A stretch of DNA of 64,000 nt, taken from assembly GCA_963813815.1 (NCBI GenBank), contig CAWFAD010000012.1, positions 147,590-211,589 of the forward strand. Direction: 5' to 3'. Positions 58,309-64,000 of this stretch are shown here, in pieces; position 1 is the first letter of the stretch; the number at the start of each line of letters is the position of its first letter. Made by a program: the position numbers and the translations under genes. The stretch is from an uncultured bacterium. Its GTDB lineage: Bacteria; Krumholzibacteriota; Krumholzibacteriia; Krumholzibacteriales; Krumholzibacteriaceae. The notes under the pieces are model-generated. The model searched no databases. It was given only the letters and a program-made list of their open reading frames with translations, and was not told the DNA's origin.

Positions 58309-58736
58309 GATGCTCCGGCGCTCCGGCCATCCGTCCGCTCGAGACGCATGCCGACGAGAATCCCGGCGAGGAGCCCCGTGGCGTCGGCCGCGAAATCCAG
58401 CACGCTCATGTGCCGCCCGGGGATGAGCCCCTGATAGAGTTCGTCGAGGCCGGCGATGAGGAGCCCCGTCGCCAGCACGAGGAGAACGACCGGGGCCTCG
58501 CGCCGCTCGGCTCCTCCGAGGAGCCCGTGCCGGAACAAAACCGCGAGAACGAGGTACTCGCCGAAATGCGCGACCTTGTCGAATCCCGGCGGCAGTCCGA
58601 CGGCATCGCTCGTCAGCGTCGGAATCGAGGAGACCCCGAAGATGAGGACCACCCACATGATGAGCGGCAGCCACCGCCGTATTCGCGTCCAGCGAGCCGT
58701 ATTCGCCTCCCTGCCGTCGCTCGATGCGGACGGCAA
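58305..58736 (-). CDS. VanZ-like membrane protein
   Basis: Four hydrophobic helices with DKVAHFGEYLVLAVL and DELYQGLIPGR motifs typical of the VanZ family. The listed start is TTG and the true start is uncertain. Confidence 0.55.
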   Translation of the reverse strand: MPSASSDGREANTARWTRIRRWLPLIMWVVLIFGVSSIPTLTSDAVGLPPGFDKVAHFGEYLVLAVLFRHGLLGGAERREAPVVLLVLATGLLIAGLDELYQGLIPGRHMSVLDFAADATGLLAGILVGMRLERTDGRSAGAS

Positions 58737-58767
58737 TTCATTGATCTAGGGGTCCCGGAGAAGCCGG

Positions 58768-59742
58768 TCAACCGCTTCCGCGCTGTCCCTGTCCATCCGG
58801 CCGCTCCCCCGCCTCCGGGTCGCGCCCATCGAGAGGGGGAACCGGCGCCCTCAGCGACTCGATGCGCCGGAGATCGGCTTCGCGCGTCTCGTAGAGCCCC
58901 GCGAAGCCCGCCGCGGCGAGCTCCCGCCGCAGCGAGCGCGGAGCTTGATCGTACGCCCTGCGGAGGGCGCGCGCGAAGCTTTTCATCTCCGGCGTGTACC
59001 GGTCCGAATCGCAGGCGACGACGAGCTCGGGGACCGCTTCGCCCTCGAGCAGGATGTCGATCTCGGCCTCGTTGACGACGCCCGCCGCCTCGAGGTTCGC
59101 CAGGCGCTCGAGCGACACTCCTCCGGCGTCGTAAACGCCGTGAATGACGGCGAGCACGGTCCTCTCGTCGCGCGGACGCTCGCCCGAAAAGGCGATCGCC
59201 CCTCCCGAAAGGTTCACGCCCGCGGTCTCGAGCGCTTGGTACGGAGCGAGAAAACCCGCCGCCGATCCCGGAGCCGAAAAGATGACGCGCGGAGACTCGG
59301 GGAGGGCGCCCGCGCCGCGGCGCACGACCACGGCGCTCCGCGAGTACCGGTGCGCCTCCCGCTCCGCGACGAGGAGGGGGCACACGAGCTCCCCCGCGGC
59401 GAGCCGCCGTGAAACGGCCATGGTCGGCACGAGGTAGAGATCGCACCGCTCGAGCGTCGCATCCGGGGCGAGGTAGCGCCATCGAATGTCCCCGCGCCCT
59501 TTCTCACGGCAGTAGTCCGCGAGCGATTCGAGGGCCGCGTGCGAGCGGGTCGAATCGAAGGCGGAGACGCCGATCACGACCCGCAGGTGCGCGAGATCGG
59601 TCGAGCGGACGAAGAGGGCCCCCGCGGCGATCGCCACGATCGCCGCGAAAACGATTGCCGACGCCCACCGGTTGAGATAATCCGAAACGAGGCTGTACCG
59701 CTGTTCGCGCTTGCCGTTCGACGCCGCACGTTCGCCGATCAT
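58768..59742 (-). CDS. Membrane-anchored periplasmic-binding-like protein (PhnD/type-2 PBP-like)
   Basis: 324-aa ORF with an N-terminal TM anchor (AIVFAAIVAIAAGALFV). Weak resemblance to phosphonate-type substrate-binding proteins. Family unverified. Confidence 0.45.
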   Translation of the reverse strand: MIGERAASNGKREQRYSLVSDYLNRWASAIVFAAIVAIAAGALFVRSTDLAHLRVVIGVSAFDSTRSHAALESLADYCREKGRGDIRWRYLAPDATLERCDLYLVPTMAVSRRLAAGELVCPLLVAEREAHRYSRSAVVVRRGAGALPESPRVIFSAPGSAAGFLAPYQALETAGVNLSGGAIAFSGERPRDERTVLAVIHGVYDAGGVSLERLANLEAAGVVNEAEIDILLEGEAVPELVVACDSDRYTPEMKSFARALRRAYDQAPRSLRRELAAAGFAGLYETREADLRRIESLRAPVPPLDGRDPEAGERPDGQGQRGSG

Positions 59743-59746
59743 GATC

Positions 59747-60688
59747 CTACCGTTTCGCCGATACCGTAACGTCGAAGGATTTCACCGACAGCCGGAAGCT
59801 GTCGATGCCGACGGGCAGAATAACCTCGGGCTCGATGACGAGCGCCCCGCGGCTCCCGGCGGGTATGCTGAGGATAATCGACACCTCTTCCGCGGTGAGG
59901 CTCGCGATGAGGTCCTCGGGGCCCTCGACGGTGAGATCCGCGCTCGCCGGCGCGCAGACGGCCTCGTACCCCTCCTCGATCTGGAGGAGCGTCGGCGCGA
60001 TCCCCTCGATGACGCGCTCCGCGCGGCGGGCGATGGCGAGCTCGACGATCACCGAGCGGGGCTCGATCTCGATCCCCCGGGGGCGGACGATCGGCGTCTC
60101 GAGCGACACCTTCCCGCGACGATTCGTGACGTCGATCGTCTCCGTGAGAACCTCGGTCAGCGACCGCATGGCGTTCGCCGGTCCGCGCGCTATGACGCGG
60201 TCGGGGGTAATGGACGGCTGGCCGACGAGGATGAGCCCGGGGGGAAGCGTTCCGCGGAAAACGGCGCGCACGGGAATCGGCCCGCTCACACGCCGTTCGA
60301 GCTCGATCGAGAGAATTCGGGGCGAGTTGATCGAAACTTCGTCGGACGCGATCCCTTCGGGGAGCGTGATCATCCCCTTCGAGAGCGGCACCGTGAGATG
60401 CGGCCCCTGCGTCCCCGCGAGATCGACCGTGAGACGCGCGTTGCCGAAGAGGCGGACCTTGAGGAGGTCGCTCCGCGCGCCCCGCATCGTGACCTCGATA
60501 CTCCGGGGAATATCGTTGACGACGGTGAGGCTCTCGGGAATGTTGACGATCTCGAGGGGTATTTTCACCGTCTCCTTTCCCTCCATCTGAGCGGTCACGT
60601 AGAACCAGAGCAGCACGGCGAAGACGATCGAGACGATCTTGAGCCCGATGTTCGCCGTCACCGCGCGCGTTACGCTATCCCATCTCAT
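59747..60688 (-). CDS. YbbR-domain protein (CdaR-like)
   Basis: N-terminal anchor IGLKIVSIVFAVLLWFYV followed by three repeats of the YbbR-type pattern (V.V..V....P.g......P..V.V.G). Confidence 0.65.
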   Translation of the reverse strand: MRWDSVTRAVTANIGLKIVSIVFAVLLWFYVTAQMEGKETVKIPLEIVNIPESLTVVNDIPRSIEVTMRGARSDLLKVRLFGNARLTVDLAGTQGPHLTVPLSKGMITLPEGIASDEVSINSPRILSIELERRVSGPIPVRAVFRGTLPPGLILVGQPSITPDRVIARGPANAMRSLTEVLTETIDVTNRRGKVSLETPIVRPRGIEIEPRSVIVELAIARRAERVIEGIAPTLLQIEEGYEAVCAPASADLTVEGPEDLIASLTAEEVSIILSIPAGSRGALVIEPEVILPVGIDSFRLSVKSFDVTVSAKR

Positions 60689-60697
60689 GGGCCGACC

Positions 60698-61861
60698 TCA
60701 CTCCGTCGCGGCGGAATCCGCCGCCGGCGGGTGTTTTTCGAGGAAAACCGCTATGCCGTCGGCGAGCGACCGCGCGAGCCAGCGCAGATAGCCGTCCTTG
60801 GAGACGGCCGCCGCTTCCCGGCGATTCGACAGATACCCTCCCTCGACCAGTATCGACGGCATCGAAATGCCCCGCAGGACGATGAAGTTCTTTTGCTTCA
60901 CCGTGCGGAACGGAATCGGCGGATCCTTCTGCAGCACGCGGGCGACCTCCTCCGCGAGGAGCGCGCTCTGCTGCATCGCGTTCGTGCGCGTCACGTCGAA
61001 GAGAATCGATTCGAGGTCGCCGTTCACGACGGCCCCCTGCTCCTGCACCTCCTGCATGAGGTGCTCCCGCTCGGCCACGGCCTCCGCGTTCTCGTCCACG
61101 ATCCCCTCGGGGGAGATCATGTAGAGCTCGATGCCGCTGAGCTTGGCGTCGCGGGCGCCGTTGAAATGAAGACTCACGAAGACGTCCGCCCCGTGCTCGC
61201 GGGCCTTGAGGATGCGCCGGTACCAGAGGATGTCGTAGTCGCCGTCGCGAACGAGCACCCCCGTGAATCCATGGCGCCGCTCGATCTCCTCCTTGAGCAT
61301 CCGCGCGAGCTTCAGGTTGAGCGTCTTCTCCCGGACACCGTGGTGGACCGCTCCCGGCTGGTCCCCCCCGTGCCCCGCGTCGATGGCGATCACGAACCCG
61401 GGGCTTTCCGCGACCCGCTTCCTCTCGGCCGCCCGCCGCTCGATCTCGGCGTCGCTCACGACCCGCGCGAGATCGACGACGATCCGGTGCGGTTTGCCGT
61501 CGGCGGCCTTGAGGGGAAAATGCTCGAACGCGGTCGCGCGCGGCACGTCCAGCACGACCTGAACTCCCGTCTTGAGGCGATTGACCCGGATGCGCTCGAT
61601 GACGCCGTCCCCCACCGCCGCCCCTCCGACTCCCTTCGCCGCCACGCAGGAGGGCAACTCTATCACGATTCTCTGCGGCCCGGCCACGGAGCGGATGGTA
61701 TAGCGGGCGGTAGCGCTCATATCGAGCACCACCCTCGTATGGTCGGGCGAGGTGTAAAATCGAACGTCCCGCACCGTAATCGGAGCGGAGCGGGCCTCGG
61801 GAACCGCGACGGACACGAGCCATACGAACGCGGCGGCCGCCGCGACGCGACGATCGATCAT
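60698..61861 (-). CDS. N-acetylmuramoyl-L-alanine amidase (AMIN domain plus Amidase_3)
   Basis: AMIN-like VRDVRFYTSPDHTRVVLDM. Amidase_3 motifs IAIDAGHGG, FVSLHFNG and VLRGISMPSILVEGGYLSN. ATG 61861 preferred (signal peptide AAAAFVWLVSVAVPEARS). Confidence 0.85.
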   Translation of the reverse strand: MIDRRVAAAAAFVWLVSVAVPEARSAPITVRDVRFYTSPDHTRVVLDMSATARYTIRSVAGPQRIVIELPSCVAAKGVGGAAVGDGVIERIRVNRLKTGVQVVLDVPRATAFEHFPLKAADGKPHRIVVDLARVVSDAEIERRAAERKRVAESPGFVIAIDAGHGGDQPGAVHHGVREKTLNLKLARMLKEEIERRHGFTGVLVRDGDYDILWYRRILKAREHGADVFVSLHFNGARDAKLSGIELYMISPEGIVDENAEAVAEREHLMQEVQEQGAVVNGDLESILFDVTRTNAMQQSALLAEEVARVLQKDPPIPFRTVKQKNFIVLRGISMPSILVEGGYLSNRREAAAVSKDGYLRWLARSLADGIAVFLEKHPPAADSAATE

Positions 61862-61922
61862 GCGACTCCTCTCGGGCGCCCGCCCGGATCCCGCGGCGGG
61901 GCCGCGACGGGGCGCCGGGCGG

Positions 61923-61952
61923 AGTCTAGCGGGGGAAGGCGGGCGCTGACAA
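61923..61952 (-). promoter_or_regulatory. Candidate sigma-70-type promoter (TTGTCA-N18-TAGACT) upstream of the amidase gene
   Basis: Minus-strand reading gives aTTGTCAgcgcccgccttcccccgcTAGACTccg. GAGGAG lies 4 nt before ATG 61861. Confidence 0.35.
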
Positions 61953-61989
61953 TACAATTTACCGGGTGTATCGGGGAAAGCGACGCGGA

Positions 61990-62916
61990 TCAATCGTAGC
62001 AGACGCCTTCGGGCATCACGTACTGAAGGGGATCGCGATGCACGCCACGGTGGAGCACCTCGTAATGGAGATGGCTCCCAGTCGAGTGGCCCGTGTTGCC
62101 CACGAGACCGATGACCTCTCCTCGCTTCACCTTCTGGCCGCGTGCGACGAGGACCTTTGAGAGATGCGCGTAACGGGTCTTGAAGCCGTTTTCGTGACTG
62201 ATTTCGATCATGAGTCCGTAGCCGCCGTTGCGGCCGGCCTGTCTCACGGCGCCGTCCGCGGTCGCCGTGACCGGCGTGCCCGTGCGGGCGCGATAATCGA
62301 TGCCGGGATGATGGACGCTCTCGCCGCGGAACGGATCGATCCGGCGTCCGTAGCGGCTCGACAGGAACCCGCCCCTCATCGGACGGACGGAGGGCGTGCT
62401 CAGCCGCACGTCACGCTCGCTCTCGAGAATCGAGATGATCTCGCGGTAGCTCTCGAGCTGCAGCTCCGTCTGGCGGAGGAGCCGGTCGAGGCTGGAGTCG
62501 ATGTCGCCGAATAGGCTGTCGGGGTACGCCGTTTCGAGACGCGCGAGGTCCGGTTCGGGGCCGCCCACGCCGGCCTGCCATACCTCCCCGGGAACCGGAT
62601 CGACGCTCGCGATGAGGCTGGCGCGATTGTGCAGCTCGAAGCCGACGTCCATTCGTCCCTCGATCAGCGCAACCTCCTCGCGGAAACGAGCGAGCTCGGT
62701 CCTCAACCGCTCGTTTTCGCCGCGCAGATTATCCACAGTCGCTGTGCGGACGATCTCCCCGGAACGGACGGCGACGAGCACGATCGCCGCGACGACGATG
62801 CCGGCGAGCCCCGCAACGGCGGCGATCGCGTGCGACCGCCTCACGTGCACGGCCCGAACGCCGGTATTGTCTCCGCGCTCGTAGAAAAAGCGAATATAGC
62901 GATTCATCGGCTTCAT
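61990..62916 (-). CDS. M23-family metallopeptidase with N-terminal anchor and coiled coil
   Basis: HHPGIDY and GNTGHSTGSHLHYEV (HxxxD / HxH Zn motifs). TM helix AIAAVAGLAGIVVAAIVLV. Confidence 0.85.
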   Translation of the reverse strand: MKPMNRYIRFFYERGDNTGVRAVHVRRSHAIAAVAGLAGIVVAAIVLVAVRSGEIVRTATVDNLRGENERLRTELARFREEVALIEGRMDVGFELHNRASLIASVDPVPGEVWQAGVGGPEPDLARLETAYPDSLFGDIDSSLDRLLRQTELQLESYREIISILESERDVRLSTPSVRPMRGGFLSSRYGRRIDPFRGESVHHPGIDYRARTGTPVTATADGAVRQAGRNGGYGLMIEISHENGFKTRYAHLSKVLVARGQKVKRGEVIGLVGNTGHSTGSHLHYEVLHRGVHRDPLQYVMPEGVCYD

Positions 62917-62973
62917 GCCCCGAATCCGCTCCTTCAGGCCCCGATTGTCTTGAACGGCTTTGCTCTGCTACCT

Positions 62974-63003
62974 AAGGTAGTTTCGCCGTCGAGGCCGTGT
63001 CAA
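62974..63003 (-). promoter_or_regulatory. Candidate sigma-70-type promoter (TTGACA-N18-TACCTT) upstream of the M23 peptidase gene
   Basis: Minus-strand reading gives cgcTTGACAcggcctcgacggcgaaacTACCTTagg. The -10 lies inside the palindrome CTACCTAAGGTAG. Confidence 0.35.
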
Positions 63004-63067
63004 GCGAATATTCCCCCCCGGGGGCATGAGATGCAAGGCACGTACCGGACGACCCCGGGAAGGGCCC

Positions 63068-63108
63068 AAAAACGCAAAAAGGGCGGTGAAATCGCCGTTT
63101 CACCGCCC
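63068..63108 (-). terminator. Rho-independent terminator after the sigma-factor gene
   Basis: 11-bp stem GGGCGGTGAAA/TTTCACCGCCC (63081-63108) with a 6-nt loop, followed on the minus strand by TTTTTGCGTTTTT. Confidence 0.75.
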
Positions 63109-63135
63109 TCGCTACTGCTTTTTTGCCGTTTCGGG

Positions 63136-63999
63136 TCAGTCCTGCACGTACCCCTTCAGGTACTTGCTCCGCGAGTTGTGCCGAAGCCGCAGGATCGCCT
63201 TTTCCTTGATCTGGCGGATGCGCTCCCGCGTGAGGTTCATCCGCTTGCCGATCTCTTCGAGCGTGAGCGGCTCCTCCCCCTCGAGACCGAAGTAGAGGTT
63301 GAGAATCGCGCGCTCGCGATCGGTCAGGGTGTCGAGCGCCTTCTGCATATCGTCGCTCAGGGCGTTCACGTACGTTTGCTCGTCGGGAGCCTCGAGGTTG
63401 TCGTCCGCGAGGTAGTCGACGAGCGAGTTCTCCTCCTGGTCGTTTCCGAAGGAGGCGTCGAGCGACAGATGGCTGTTCGCGATCTGCATCGTATCCCGCA
63501 CTTCGTCGTGCGGGAGCTTCAGCCGCTTGGCGATCTCGTCGACCTCGGGACTGCGCCCGAGCTCCTGATCGAGCTGCCGGGCTGCCTTCCCGATGCGGTA
63601 CAGCGTGCCGGCTCGATTGAGCGGCAGCCTTACGATGCGCGACTGCTCGGCGAGCGCCTGCAACATCGCCTGACGGATCCACCACACGGCGTAGGAGATG
63701 AACTTGTATCCGCGCTTCTCGTCGAAGCGGTACGCCGCCTTGATGAGCCCCAGATTCCCCTCGTTGACGAGATCGGCCAACGAGAGCCCCTGATTCACGT
63801 ACTGCTTCGCGATCGATACCACGAAACGGAGATTGGCCTTCACGAGATCGTGAAGCGCATGCTCGTCCCCCTTGCGAATCCGCTTCGCAAGCTCCTTCTC
63901 CTGCTCGCGCTTGAGCAGGGGGGTGTTGTTGATCTCTTTGAGGTAGAGGTCGAGGCTTCTCTCCCCCGCGTATTCGCTTCTCCTGGGATCCGGGTTCAT
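63136..63999 (-). CDS. rpoD: RNA polymerase sigma-70 family factor (RpoD-like, compact 287 aa)
   Basis: Region 2 (DLVKANLRFVVSIAKQY, LIQ-type GNLGLIKAAYRFDEKRGYKFISYAVWWIRQA), region 3 and region 4 (LTLEEIGKRMNLTRERIRQIKEKAILRL). No long region 1.1. ATG sits at 63999, next to the window edge. Confidence 0.9.
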   Translation of the reverse strand: MNPDPRRSEYAGERSLDLYLKEINNTPLLKREQEKELAKRIRKGDEHALHDLVKANLRFVVSIAKQYVNQGLSLADLVNEGNLGLIKAAYRFDEKRGYKFISYAVWWIRQAMLQALAEQSRIVRLPLNRAGTLYRIGKAARQLDQELGRSPEVDEIAKRLKLPHDEVRDTMQIANSHLSLDASFGNDQEENSLVDYLADDNLEAPDEQTYVNALSDDMQKALDTLTDRERAILNLYFGLEGEEPLTLEEIGKRMNLTRERIRQIKEKAILRLRHNSRSKYLKGYVQD

Positions 64000-64000
64000 T

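Noticed and set aside
1-64000. Defence systems, prophage, toxin-antitoxin pairs, rRNA/tRNA genes
   Set aside because: I found no nuclease, methylase, integrase, capsid or Cas-type motifs and no structured RNA genes in any frame or gap. Intergenic gaps are short apart from the three leaders described.

Overview
GC-rich (about two-thirds G+C by eye) bacterial chromosomal segment. All ~39 genes I can support lie on the minus strand, and at least ten junctions are 4-nt ATGA/GTGA stop-start overlaps. Four proteins end in a Por_Secre_tail/FlgD-Ig-type C-terminal sorting domain and there is a compact 287-aa sigma-70. Together these suggest an uncultivated FCB-superphylum-like lineage; this is inference only.

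Three blocks:
(A) 1-29.5 kb is a surface/signalling island. It holds a 4,954-aa adhesin-like protein with 12 tandem Big_1-type Ig repeats, many CARDB-like modules and a sorting CTD. That gene is translationally coupled to a PorV/FadL-like beta-barrel-TPR fusion. The barrel is in turn coupled to a 1,410-aa membrane protein combining an RsbW-type kinase, 2TM sensor, HAMP, PP2C phosphatase, transposase-type HTH and three STAS domains. An orphan ParA ATPase, a TPR protein and a stand-alone STAS protein follow. Upstream sit three CBM48-like proteins, further putative outer-membrane barrels and a DUF4388 gene.
(B) 29.6-44.2 kb holds ppdK, an S8 protease and a cluster of secreted proteins and lipoproteins of unknown function.
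(C) 44.6-64 kb is housekeeping: glyQS, recO, tlyC-like, ybeY, pgpH, phoH, aspS, hisS, cell-wall hydrolases and a sigma factor.

The candidate novel system is the one-polypeptide partner-switching sensor and its co-transcribed partners around the giant adhesin. Nine frameshift lesions at short homopolymer runs disrupt three genes (DUF4388, ppdK, a large CTD protein); these are either consensus errors or pseudogenes. I recognised no rRNA, tRNA, CRISPR array or complete mobile element.
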